The notes under the pieces: model-generated
Seen by the model: only the letters and a program-made list of their open reading frames with translations
What the model was told of the DNA's origin: nothing
Databases searched by the model: none
Position numbers and translations under genes: made by a program
Part shown: positions 1 to 11,426 of the stretch, in pieces
Layout: every line of letters starts with the position of its first letter
Position numbering within the stretch: position 1 is the stretch's first letter
Origin: Mobula hypostoma
Lineage: Eukaryota
DNA: 64,000 nt
Direction of reading: 5' to 3'
Assembly (NCBI RefSeq): GCF_963921235.1
Contig: NC_086097.1
Coordinates: 155,498,001 to 155,562,000, forward strand

Positions 1-1306
1 TCTTTGATGACTGAGGCAGTCCCACATTTCTGATCAATGCCACCATCCCCAGTGAGGCAGCAAGGGACTGCTCTCCCGAAACCCACATTATTCATATTTC
101 TAATGGTGAGGGCAGAATCTGTGCACCAGCAAGCAATGCAATGCTTGTAATGGTGGAACAGCCAGCACAGCTCTGAGCCCATGTCCCAATGGAATGACAA
201 TAAAATGGGAAATGGAACGGGGTGTAAGGAAGGGAGAATTGGAGGTAAAAGTTCCAGTTCAAATTTATTCTCATCTGACTCTACATATATACTAGCAAAT
301 GAAACAATGTTCCTCTGGATCTTGGTGCACCCACAAAACGTATCAGACACACAGCACATAAACCTAAGTATTAACACAAATGAGTTAATAAAATATCGTT
401 CAAAATGCATGTACTGTGCGGCAAAAGGAAACAATAAACAGGAAATAGTTGAATGTCCTAAACCTGAAACCTCAGTGGAAGCAAGGTATTCATGAATTTC
501 TTAACCCGAGGGAAGAAGATGTTATCCAGTCCTGCAATTCTAGTCCTGATGTGTCTGTACTTCCTTCTTGACGGTAGTGGGCCTAAAAGATTGCGGAGTG
601 GGTGGTTGGGGTCCTCAACAATGTGTTAGGCCCTGTTGAGGGAGAAGTAAATTGGAGGGAGGGCTCGGAAAGAACTGGCAAGATCTTCAGAAGCACCGAA
701 CACAGAGCAAACTTAAGGTTAATAGCAGGATTCTTAACAGAGTCAAGAAACAGAGGGATATTGCGGGGGGGGGGGGTCCACATTCATAGATCTCTCAAAT
801 TTGCCACACAAGTTCACCCACCCTTCAGAACTCTTAAAAGCTTCCTCTGACATCCACCCTAGTTTCTTTCACTCACCTCAAATGGATGTGCTCTGGTAGA
901 GTTTTGTAACGCAGGTTAATTAAACCACAAGATGCAGTGTTTGAAAGCTCCACCTGCCGAGGGATGAAAAACGCACACAGGATTGCAAAAAAAAAGGAAA
1001 TAAAAAATAGCTAAGCTAGAAAGAGGGGCGGCTGACCCATGCATTAGGCAAGCGAGAGAAATGCAGCAGACGATAGAAACTAACAGCAGGTACAGTATGT
1101 GGAATTAGCAGTTGGTATCTCTGCTGGCTCGACTCGAGCGGCGGTTGGCGGCGCTGGTTTGAACGGTGTAGGGCCTGTTGGGAAACAGAGTAGGTTAACT
1201 TCAGAGAGGGGGGAAGCATCTGGAAAAGGAATCGCAAAGGGAGGGTTCGAGCAAGGGCCGGTTGGCAGGAGCAGGTTGGAATAAGATCTGGAAAACGGAG
1301 AGAAAC

Positions 1307-1533
1307 TGTGGTAAACCATGTATATATGTTGTAACTGGGTTACCTGTCTGGACACACCCCTCTGCTGACTGCCCCTGTGGCTCTTCCCACAGAGTCCTGT
1401 ATAAAGGTGTTCGCCTTGCCCCTCCCCCTCAGTCCGGGGGCAGACACTCACTGTGGAGGTCATATTGTACAGCGAATAAGAGTTTCAGTATTTTACCAAA
1501 CCTCAGTCTTTTGGAGTAATTGAAGGTGCTTCA
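1307..1533 (+). repeat. 5' LTR of Gypsy element
   Basis: TG...CA ends; TATAAA 1400-1405; Inr-like TCAGTC 1429-1434; AATAAG variant of the poly(A) signal. Confidence 0.95.
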
Positions 1534-1560
1534 ATTTTATTCGCTGTACGTTTTTAAAAC

Positions 1561-2943
1561 ATGGACCAGGCCCCGAGACCAGAAAAATTAGACCTCAATC
1601 CGCAGACACCTGAAGCTGGAAATGCTTTCGAACTCTGGCCGGCCTGCTTCAAAGCGTATCTAGAGGAGATTAAAGCGACCGACCCCGTAGCGAAGCGCAG
1701 AGTTCTACTCTCCAGGGTCAGTCCACGGGTTTATTCGCTGATCAGAGACCAGCCGAACTACGACGGCGCGATGAACACACTCAAAAGACAATACCTGCGG
1801 CCGATAAACAGCGTCTATGCTCGGCACCATTTAGCGACACGGCAACAACGTCCCGGGAAATTGAGTGCTGAGTTCGTCCAGGCCCTACGGACGCTCGTGC
1901 GGGCCTGCAATTGCCAGGAGCTGACGGCGGTGCAGCATGCAGAACTCCTAGTGAGGGACGCCTTCGTCACGGGGACCAGGTCAGTGTACGTGCGCCAGCG
2001 GCTGCTGGAAAAAGCCAATCTTACCCTAAGTTTGGCGATGGAGCTGGCTAATACGTTGGAGGCCGCTCTGCATAACTCCGAGGCTCTCCAGACACGCGAT
2101 CCCCCGATGGCCTCGTGGGTGCCGCAGACCCCGCAACCTGCCGGCGAATCGACCTCAGCTGCTGCCAGTCGTGAGTCCGCGAAGTGCTACTTCTGCGGAC
2201 TGGAGAAGCACCCCCGGAAACGCTGCCCGGCCCGACAAGCTACCTGCTCCAGCTGCGGAAAGAAGGGCCACTTCGCCAAGGTCTGTAAGTCAAAACCGCA
2301 AGCGGGATCGAGCAGCGCCGCATGCGCGACGTGGGGGTCGCCATCTTCCCTGCACACTGCCACCATGTGCGAGACATGGGGGCCACCATCTTCCCTGCCG
2401 CCATCTTCCCTGCACACTGCCACCACGTGCGAGACATGGGGGCCACCATCTTCCCTGCCGCCATCTTCCCTGCACACTGCCACCACGTGCGAGACATGGG
2501 GGCCACCATCTTCCCTGCTGCTATCTTCCCTGCACACTGCCACCACGTGCGAGACGTGGGGGTCGCCATCTTGCCTGCCGCCATCTTCCCTGCACGCCAC
2601 CACCACGTGCGAGACATGGGGGCGGCCATCTTGGTCGACGCCACCTCCCACCGCCTACGACCAATGGGTGCTCACGGGGCACCCCACCACGCCGGACCAA
2701 GACAGCGACCCCACCCTGGCTTCCGTGACCCTCGACCAAAGCGCTCCCCACCAGCTCGCAAGGTCAATGATGGACATCTTGGTGGAGGGGCACAGGACAA
2801 GCTGCCTGTTTGACACAGGCGGCACGGACAGTTTTATCCACCTGGCCACGGTGCAGCATTGTGGACTCATGATATGGCCGGTAAGTCGGAGGGTCACCAT
2901 GGCCTCCAGGTCGCATACAACAGACATCCGGGGGGTTGTGTAG
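1561..2943 (+). CDS. gag: Gypsy Gag (zinc knuckles) plus start of aspartic protease
   Basis: CYFCGLEKHPRKRC and CSSCGKKGHFAKVC knuckles; protease motif LFDTGG; frameshift in the G-run near 2929-2935. Confidence 0.9.
   Translation: MDQAPRPEKLDLNPQTPEAGNAFELWPACFKAYLEEIKATDPVAKRRVLLSRVSPRVYSLIRDQPNYDGAMNTLKRQYLRPINSVYARHHLATRQQRPGKLSAEFVQALRTLVRACNCQELTAVQHAELLVRDAFVTGTRSVYVRQRLLEKANLTLSLAMELANTLEAALHNSEALQTRDPPMASWVPQTPQPAGESTSAAASRESAKCYFCGLEKHPRKRCPARQATCSSCGKKGHFAKVCKSKPQAGSSSAACATWGSPSSLHTATMCETWGPPSSLPPSSLHTATTCETWGPPSSLPPSSLHTATTCETWGPPSSLLLSSLHTATTCETWGSPSCLPPSSLHATTTCETWGRPSWSTPPPTAYDQWVLTGHPTTPDQDSDPTLASVTLDQSAPHQLARSMMDILVEGHRTSCLFDTGGTDSFIHLATVQHCGLMIWPVSRRVTMASRSHTTDIRGVV
2320..2640 (+). 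repeat. 60-bp coding minisatellite in gag, about 5 units
   Basis: Sequence lines 2341-2640 align in 60-nt register; encodes TCETWGPPSSLPPSSLHTAT repeats. Confidence 0.95.
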
Positions 2944-5659
2944 CGACACTAGTGGTGCAGGGCACAGGATATCGGGACTTTACGTTACTGGTCTTGCTTC
3001 AACTGTGTGCCCCTGTGCTGTTGGGGTTGGACTTCCAGAGCCACCTGAAAAGCGTGACAATGAAGTATGATGGGCCCCTCCCGCCAATTACTGTCATAAA
3101 TCCCCTGTTTTGTAGAGATATGTCACGTACCCCGCTACTGACCACACACACACACCGACCCGCGCATCCCACCCAACATCATGCCAACTGCCACACTACC
3201 GACACCACTTGCGGCCTCTCCACCCTCAGGATCCCTCCCCCACCGCTGTTTGCCAACCTGACCCCCGACTATAAACCTGTGGCAACTAAAAGCAGGAGGT
3301 ACAGCGCGGGGGACAGAGCTTTCATTAAGTCGGAGGTGCAGCGGCTGCTCAGGGAGGGGGTCATTGAGACAAGCACAGGTCCTTGGAGGGTGCAGGTGGT
3401 GGTTGTTCGGAACGGGGAGAAGAATAGGATGGTCGTGGACTATAGCCAGACCATCAATAGTTCACGCAGCTCGACGCGTACCCTCTACCCCGCATCGCGG
3501 ATATGGTCAATCAGATAGCACAGTACAAGGTGTACTCGACCATAGACCTAAAATCCGCTTACCATCAGCTCCCCATCCGCCGGGAGGACCGCCCTTACAC
3601 TGCCTTCGAGACGGACGGCAGGCTTTATCAATTCCTGCGCGTCCCCTTTGGTGTCACGAATGGTGTATCTGTCTTCCAGAGGGCAATGGACCGGATGGTG
3701 GACCAGTGCCAACTGAAGGCCACGTTCCCATATCTGGATAACATCACCATCTGCGGTCACGACCAGCAGGATCACGACAACAACCTCCAAAAATTTCTCC
3801 AAGCGGCCAAATCTTTCAACCTCACCTATAACAAGGACAAGTGTGTATTTGGGACCACTGGACTTGCTATCCTTGGGTGTGTCGTGGAGAATAGAGTCAT
3901 TGGCCCTGACCCCAACCGTATGCGCCCCTTGTTGGAACTCCCTCTTCCCAATACCCTCAGAGCCCTCAAAAGGTGCCTGGGCTTCTTTTCATATTACGCC
4001 CAATGGGTCTCTAACTATGCAGACAAGGCCTGCCCCCTGGTCAAGTCCACCACATTCCCCCTCTCTGCCGAGGCCCACGCGGCCTTCAACCGCATAAAAG
4101 GGGACATTGCCAAAGCAGCAATGCATGCGGTGGATGAGGCCATTCCCTTCCAAGTAGAGAGTGACGCCTCCGACTTTGCGCTGGCTGCTACCCTCAACCA
4201 GGCAGGAAGACCAGTGGCGTTATTCTCCCGTACCCTTCAAGGCCCTGAAATTCGGCACTCTGCGGTAGAGAAAGAGGCCCAGGCCATAGTGGAAGCTATA
4301 AGGCACTGGAGGCACTATCTTGCCGGCAAAAGGTTCACCCTGCTAACTGACCAGCGCTCAGTCGCGTTCACATTTAATGATCAGCAGTGGAGCAAAATCA
4401 AAAATGATAAAATTCTGAGGTGGAGAATCGAACTCTCCACCTACAACTATGACATCAGGTACAGGCCTGGGAAGCTCAACGAGCCCTCCGATGCCCTATC
4501 CCGGGGAACATGCGCCAGCGCGCAGATCGACCGGCTATACGCCCTACATGTAGACCTTTGCCACCCGGGAGTCACCCGGCTTTTCCACTTCGTGAAAGCC
4601 CGGAACCTGCCTTACTCCCTTGAGGAGATCAGGATGATGACCAGGGACTGCCAAGTCTGCGCAGAGTGCAAACCGCACTTCTACCGACCCGAAAAGGCAC
4701 CACTCATCAAGGCCACCCGCCCCTTTGAGCGACTGAGTGTTGACTTTAAGGGCCCCCTTCCCTCCACTGACCGCAATGTGTACTTTCTTAACGTAATTGA
4801 TGAGTACTCGCGGTTCCCCTTCGCCATCCCCTGCCCCGACATCACTACCACGTCAGTTATAAAAGCCCTGCGCAAGCTCTTCACTCTGTTCGGATACCCA
4901 TGCTATATCCACAGTGACAGAGGGTCCTCGTTTATGAGTGACGAGCTGCGCCAATATCTACTGGCTAGGGGAATTGCAACCAGTAGGACCACGAGCTATA
5001 ATCCCCAGGGGAATGGACAGGTAGAGGAGGAGAATGGCACAGTGTGGAAAGCCACACTCTTAGCCCTCAGGTCAAAGGGACTGCCGGTCTCCCGCTGGCA
5101 GGAGGTCCTTCCCAAGGCACTCCACTCCATCCGCTCCCTGTTATGCACGGCCACCAATGCCGCCCCTCATGACCGAATCTTTTCTTTTCCCAGAAAGTCG
5201 ACCACTGGGACCACCCTACCAACTTGGCTGACGTCCCCGGGGCCAGTGCTGCTCCGGAAACATGCGAGGAGCAATAAATACTCCCCGATAGTCGAGAGGG
5301 TTCACTTACTTCATGCGAACCCCCAGTATGCCTATGTGGTTTTACCTGATGGGCGGGAGGACACGGTCTCCATCCGCGACCTGGCGCCCGCAGGAGCTCC
5401 GGACCCTTACCCTAAACACTCTGTGGTGACTATTGACCCCGTACCCACCAATGTATGTACCTACAAGACACGGTGCACCCCAAACCCTATACAGACACCA
5501 CACGACACTCCCGTACCGGGCGCGACACACACGCATGAGGGATTACCGACGCCTAATGTGCTGGCACCTGAAGTCAGGCTGGAGCCAGCACAACCGCCAT
5601 CGCCGGTGCTACGTAGATCACAGCGACGGACTCGACCGCCTGATAGACTTAACCTGTAA
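2935..5659 (+). CDS. pol: Gypsy Pol (protease C-terminus, RT, RNase H, integrase), frameshift near 3460
   Basis: RMVVDYSQTIN, IDLKSAYHQL, PFGVTNG, YLDN; RNase H VESDASDFA; integrase H-H-C-C finger, SVDFKGP, IHSDRGSSF, GNGQVE. Confidence 0.93.
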
Positions 5660-5729
5660 ATATACTTCTTGTAAATATTGTCAGTCACTTCACCCCGCGG
5701 GACTCTTTTTCAAAAAAAGGAGGGGTGAA

Positions 5730-5955
5730 TGTGGTAAACCATGTATATATGTTGTAACTGGGTTACCTGTCTGGACACACCCCTCTGCTGACTGCCCCTG
5801 TGGCTCCTCCCACAGAGTCCTGTATAAAGGTGTTCGCCTTGCCCCTCCCCCTCAGTCCGAGGGCAGACACTCACTGTGGAGGTCGTATGGTACAGCGAAT
5901 AAAAGCCTTTTAGTATTTTACCAAACAGTCTTTTGGAGTAATTGAAGGCGCTTCA
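5730..5955 (+). repeat. 3' LTR of Gypsy element
   Basis: Near-identical to 1307-1533; canonical AATAAA at 5898-5903. Confidence 0.95.
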
Positions 5956-5960
5956 GAAAC

Positions 5961-6320
5961 ATAATTTTGGAATGATTTCAAATGATGGAGCGGAAGGGCG
6001 GGATATTTTTAAAAGGGAAAGAGGACTTCAAAGTATTGTTTAAATTTGACCCGGAACAGCAGCCCGATATCAATCCCATTAAATTAACTATGGAGTTAAA
6101 ATCGGTCATAGGGAATAGTGCTCGTTCTTTAAGAGGTAGGAAGGTATTAATCGTTTGTAAGGATAAAAAGCAGCGTGAGCAGGCATTACGATTGAAGACT
6201 TTACTTGGCAAAAAGATAGAATCTATGTTGCCTAATGCAAATAGAGGTGTTATAACGGGTGTTCCGGTGGAGATTTCAATAGAAGGGGTTAAATCTCATT
6301 TACTGGGAGGCAGGGTTAAG
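5961..6320 (+). mobile_element. Nimb/I-clade non-LTR retrotransposon ORF1 fragment; its 5' part is probably about 1020-1306
   Basis: INPIKLTMELKS...VLIVCKDKKQREQALRLK...RGVITGVPVEIS resembles fish Nimb ORF1 (from memory). Confidence 0.6.
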
Positions 6321-7015
6321 GAGGTAACTGCCGGGAGGATAATTTTTTATGCCTCGGGTAAGGAGTACTGTTCCGCTATGTGTGTGTTCGTAATTGGTGT
6401 GAGCTCGAGAGAGGAGGGTAGATGAAACGCTGTGAGCGATTATCGGAGCAGTTGCTCCTGTGAAGCTGCATGGTGTTTGAACGAGAATAGCGGCTGCTAC
6501 CAGGCCCATGTGACTTACAGATGAATAGGCAATTAATGATTTTAGGTGTGTTTGTAATAAACAGGTGGGTCTGGTTATAATAATCCCTCAAAAGGCTCGG
6601 ATCAGGAATGGGAAAGCTATTTCTTTTGTGAGAGGGTTTAGTACAGCAGCAATTTGTATTATTCTGTAACCCGTTAGTTTTACAAAGATTGCAGCTAGAA
6701 TTATGGAGCCGGCGATCAGAGCTTCAACGTGAGCCCGAGGTAATCAGTGATGTACCCCATAAAGAGGTATCTTAACTAAGAAAGCAATTAGGCAAGCTGC
6801 TGATCAGAATTTATTTGCTCACGAGTTGATGAAATTGTAAAATTAATATTGAGAGTGAACCTAGGTCATAAGGAGAGCAATTAGAAGAAGCAGGGAGCCT
6901 ATGAGGGTGTAAAATAGGAAATGTGTTCTTGTGTTTAGGTGTTCAGTTTGGTTACCTCAGTGGGTAATAATGATAAGTATTGGGGTTAGGATTGCTTCAA
7001 ATATAATGTAGAATA

Positions 7016-9659
7016 GCTCCCAGCTCTCATCCGTGCCGGGTCTTTACCATCCCCTCCGACCTTCAACTGTCGGAGGCAGAACGCTCTGTTCTCAGTAAGG
7101 GCCTTACCTTTGTCCCCCTTCGCCCACACCTCAGTGAGTTCCGTGTTCGCCATGATGCGGAACTTTTCTTCCGCCGTCTCCGTCTCCGAGCCTACTTCTT
7201 CGGCAAGGACTCTTCCACCCCCACCGATGACCCCTTCTCCCGTCTTCAACCCTCCTCTTCTTCATGGACACCCCGCTCTGGTCTTCTGCCTGCTCTGGAT
7301 CTCTTTATCGCTAACTGCCGACGGGACATCAACCGTCTCGACTTCACCGCACCTTGTCCCCATTCCAACCTCACTCCTTCGGAACACTCTGCTTTCCACT
7401 CCCTCCGCACTAATCCTAACCTTATTATTAAACCCGCTGATAAGGGGGGTGCTGTTGTAGTCTGGCGTACTGACCTCTACCTTGCCGAGGCACAGCGACA
7501 ACTCGCGGATACCTCCTCTTATTTACCCCTCGATCGTGACCCCACTAAGGAGCACCAGGCCATTGTCTCCCACACCATCACCGACTTTATCCACTCAGGG
7601 GATCTCCCATCCACTGCTACCAACCTTATAGTTCCCACACCCCGCACTTCCCGTTTCTACCTCCTACCCAAGATCCACAAACCTGCCTGTCCTGGCCGAC
7701 CTATTGTCTCAGCTTGCTCCTGCCCCACCGAACTCGTTTCTGCATACCTTGACACTGTTTTATCACCCCTTGTTCAATCCCTTCCGACCTATGTTCGTGA
7801 CACTTCTCACGCTCTTAAACTTTTCGATGATTTTAAGTTCCCTGGCCCCCACCGCTTTATTTTCACCATGGATCTCCAGTCCTTATATACTTCCATCCCC
7901 CATCAGGAAGGTCTCAAAGCTCTACGCTTCTTTTTGGATTCCAGACCTAATCAGTTCCCCTCTACCACCACTCTGCTCCGTCTGGCGGAATTAGTCCTTA
8001 CTCTTAATAATTTCTCCTTTGGCTCCTCCCACTTCCTCCAAACTAAAGGTGTAGCTATGGGCACCCGTATGGGTCCTAGCTATGCCTGCCTTTTTGTTGG
8101 GTTTGTGGAACAATCTATGTTCCGTGCCTATTCTGGTACCTGTCCCCCACTTTTCCTTCGCTACATCGACGACTGCATTGGCGCTGCTTCCTGCACGAAT
8201 GCGAACTCGTTGACTTTATTAACTTTGCCTCCAACTTTCACCCAGCCCTCAAGTTTACCTGGTCCATTTCCGACACCTCCCTCCCCTTTCTAGATCTTTC
8301 TGTCTCTGTCTCTGGAGACAGCTTATCCACTGATGTCTACTATAAGCCTACTGACTCTCACAGCTATCTGGACTATTCCTCTTCTCACCCTGTCTCTTGC
8401 AAAAACGCCATCCCCTTCTCGCAATTCCTCCGTCTCCGCCGCATCTGCTCTCAGGATGAGGCTTTTCATTCCAGGACGAGGGAGATGTCTTCATTTTTTA
8501 AAGAAAGGGGCTTCCCTTCCTCCACTATCAACTCTGCTCTTAAACGCATCTCCCCCATTTCACGTACATCTGCTCTCACTCCATCCTCCCACCACCCCAC
8601 TAGGAATAGGGTTCCCCTGGTCCTCACCTACCACCCCACCAGCCTCCGGGTCCAACATATTATGCTCCGTAACTTCCGCCACCTCCAACGGGATCCCACC
8701 ACTAAGCACATCTTTCCCTCCCCCCCTCTCTCTGCATTCCGCAGGGATCGCTCCCTACACAACTCCCTTGTCCATTCGTCCCCCCCATCCCTCCCCACTG
8801 ATCTCCCTCCTGGCACTTATCCGTGTAAGTGGAACAAGTGCTACACATGCCCTTACACTTCCTCCCTTACCACCATTCAGGGCCCCAAACAGTCCTTCCA
8901 GGTGAGGCATCACTTCACCTGTGAGTCGACTGGGGTGATATACTGCGTCCCGTGCTCCCGATGTGGCCTTTTATATATTGGTGAGACCCGACGCAGACTG
9001 GGAGACCGCTTTGCTGAACATCTGCGCTCTGTCCGCCAGAGAAAGCAGGATCTCCCAGTGGCCACACATTTTAATTCCACATCCCATTCCCATTCTGACA
9101 TGTCTATCCACGGCCTCCTCTACTGTAAAGATGAAGCCACACTCAGGTTGGAGGAACAACACCTTATATTCCATCTGGGTAGCCTTCAACCTGATGGCAT
9201 TAACATTGACTTCTCTAACTTCCGCTAAGGCCCCACCTCCCCCTCGTACCCCATCTGTTACTCATTTTTATGCACACATTCTTTCTCTCACTCTCCTTTT
9301 TCTCCTTCTGTCCCTCTGAATATACCTCTTGCCCATCCTCTGGGTCACCCCCCCCCTTGTCTTTCTTCCCGGACCTCCTGTCCCATGATCCTCTCGTATC
9401 CCCTTTTGCCTATCACCTGTCCAGCTCTCGGCTCTATCCCTCCCCCTCCTGTCTTCTCCTATCATTTTGCATCTCCCCCTCCCCCTCCAGCTTTCAAATC
9501 CCTTACTCACTCTTCCTTCAGTTAGTCCTGACGAAGGGTCTCGGCCTGAAACGTCGACTGCGCCTCTTCCTATAGATGCTGCTTGGCCTGCTGCGTTCAC
9601 CAGCAACTTTGATGTATGTTGCTTGAATTTCCAGCATCTGCAGTATTCCTGTTGTTTAC
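7016..9659 (+). mobile_element. Penelope-like element (RT + GIY-YIG), 5'-truncated and frameshifted
   Basis: MDLQSLYTSIP, KGVAMGTRMGPSYA, LRYIDD; VIYCVPCSRCGLLYIGETRR; TSD TGTAGAATA at 7007-7015 and 9660-9668. Confidence 0.95.
9523..9560 (+). ncRNA. Minimal type I hammerhead ribozyme in the Penelope 3' region
   Basis: AGTC-CTGACGA-AGGGTCTCGGCCT-GAAA-CGTC-GACT: intact CUGANGA/GAAA core with stems I and II. Confidence 0.8.
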
Positions 9660-10044
9660 TGTAGAATAAGATTATTTCTGTGGTGCTGAAAGCTAAAATT
9701 AATAGTAGTTGTAAAGTGATGATGAGGTTGATGTAAATAAGTTGTTGGGTCCAGCTTTCATTAGTCAGATGGTTTTGGCTGGCAAGTTGTATGAGTGGAA
9801 GTTATCAGCTGGTTAGTGTGACTAAGGGAAATGATACAGGTTGGAGAATTCCCATCCCAATTCTATATCTCGTTTAAACCAGAGTAAGCTGATGAATGCA
9901 ATAAAGAGACTGAGAAATAGAGGTGGTTTCACAGTATTTTTTTTAGGTGATGTTCCTGAAATTGGGTCAAGTATGATTGTAAGGGTGATGATTTTTAGCA
10001 TTTGCAGGACTTTGAGATTTTTTAGTGTATCTAAGCCTTGAGTG

Positions 10045-10699
10045 TGGGGTCAAAGAAAGTTGTGTTGAGAATACGGTCCGTAAGGAGCATTGTAATCCCT
10101 TCTACAAGAACTGGAAGTGAGAGTATAAGGAGAAGAGCTGAATTAAGAATGGATCAAACAAAGAGAGGTGTTAAATATTGAGAGATTGCTGGTGGTTTTA
10201 TATTAATAATAATAGTAATGAAGTTAATGGATGCTAAAATAGAGGACACCCCAGCTAAATGTAAGGAGAAGATGGTTAAATCTCCTGCAGATCCAGCATT
10301 TGTGAGATTTCCAGTTAAGGGGGAATAAACTGTTCACCCTGTTCTGGCACCAGCTTCTACCCCTGCTGAGGCCAGGCATAGAACAAATGATGGGGGCGGG
10401 AGTTAGAAACTTAGTTATTCGTGGGAAGTCCATATCTGGGGTGCTGACCATTAAGGGCACCAGTCGGTTGCCGAATCCGCCAATTAGAATTGGCATTACT
10501 ATAAAGAAAATTATTACAAAGGTGTGGGTGGTGACGATGACAGTATAAATGTGGTTATCTCCCAGGAGAGCCCCAGGTTGGCACAGCTGAGTGCGGATTA
10601 AGAGGCTAAAGCCATTATTCCCACCCTTGCACCAAAGATTAGGGAAAGGGTGCTGATATCTTTGTGATTAGTAGAAAACAATCAGTGATTAACTGCCAC
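10045..10699 (-). pseudogene. COX1: NUMT COI 5' part
   Basis: GTG start at 10699; [22 protein letters not shown]...PDMDFPR; TTFFDP at the breakpoint. Confidence 0.92.
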
Positions 10700-10700
10700 A

Positions 10701-10770
10701 GGTAAAATGGCTGATGCTTAAGTGGCAGATTGCAGCTCTGTTAAGAGAGGTTCAAGTCCTCTTCTTGCCA
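10701..10770 (+). pseudogene. NUMT tRNA-Tyr
   Basis: GGTAAAATGGCTGA...GGTTCAAGTCCTCTTCTTGCCA next to the COI start; anticodon mutated. Confidence 0.8.
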
Positions 10771-10777
10771 TTCTCCC

Positions 10778-10832
10778 AGCTCTGTAGTATAAATTTACAC
10801 GGATTGCAAATTTTGAGAAGGAAAATAGGCTT
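10778..10832 (+). pseudogene. NUMT tRNA-Cys (partial)
   Basis: TTGCAAA anticodon loop, positioned between Tyr and OL. Confidence 0.6.
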
Positions 10833-10852
10833 CTCTAAACAGCGGGAGAAGC

Positions 10853-10918
10853 TAGATACAAGTTTGCTGGATTGAATACTTAGCTATTAACTAGTTTTTA
10901 TAGGATTGAGGCCTGTTC
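10853..10918 (+). pseudogene. NUMT tRNA-Asn next to an OL remnant
   Basis: TAGATA...TAGCTATTAACTAG...GAGGCCTG; OL arm GCGGGAGAAGC at 10842-10852. Confidence 0.7.
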
Positions 10919-10959
10919 AGCTTCTCCCGCTGTTTAATTAGGCTTTAGCCTAATTAAAG

Positions 10960-11357
10960 TGCGAATTGTGCAAGTTTTTGTCATGTAGGCAGAATGACCT
11001 GTAATTGGGTTGAATCTTTGAAGGACTTCTGGTAGTCAAAAATGAAGAGGTGCCAATTGAATTTTCAATGCTAATGCAATGGAGAGAATATGGCAGAGGC
11101 TGGATTTATGACCTCAGAGAAATCTCACTGGCCTGTAAATCAGGCATTTGTTGTTCCAGCAACTAAGAGGAGTGGCTTGTGTAAGAAAATATCTTAGCGG
11201 TTGCATGTGGGTGATATTGATAAATATTAAGGGGAATAATGGCTATTGTGTTGTTTTCTCGAGCTACTCCGATTAAGAGTCAATGTGACCCAATGAATGT
11301 TATGTTAGTACCTAACCCGAGACTGAGGATTGAGATTGATAATATTGTGGGGTTCAT
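10960..11357 (-). pseudogene. ND2: NUMT ND2 5' part
   Basis: ATGAACCCC start; LAPLHFWLPEVLQ and WQKLA peptides (mitochondrial code). Confidence 0.85.
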
Positions 11358-11426
11358 TAGTAGAGAAGGGTTTTAACTGGTATGTTTGGTGTATGGACCC
11401 AAAAGCTTAGATTAGCTGACTTTACT
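11358..11426 (-). pseudogene. NUMT tRNA-Met
   Basis: AGTAAAGTCAGCTAA...GGGTCCATAC immediately before the ND2 ATG. Confidence 0.85.

Larger units (their letters stand above)
1307..5955 (+). mobile_element. Ty3/Gypsy LTR retrotransposon, full length, two frameshifts in gag-pol
   Basis: Direct repeats TGTGG...TTCA at 1307-1533 and 5730-5955; 5-bp TSD GAAAC (1302-1306, 5956-5960); polypurine tract before the 3' LTR; domain order gag-PR-RT-RH-IN. Confidence 0.97.
6320..10040 (-). pseudogene. ND4: NUMT ND4L end plus 5' part of ND4, split by the Penelope insertion
   Basis: ATGCTAAAAATC start near 10001; [14 protein letters not shown]...AH...NYE peptide at 6340-6510; ND4 sequence is continuous across 7015/9660. 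Confidence 0.88.

Noticed and set aside
2320..2640. CRISPR-like regular periodicity
   Set aside because: Units repeat in full with no unique spacers, lie in a coding frame, and no cas genes are present
2171..2813. Long alternative-frame and antisense ORFs over gag
   Set aside because: By-products of the stop-poor, GC-rich 60-bp repeat
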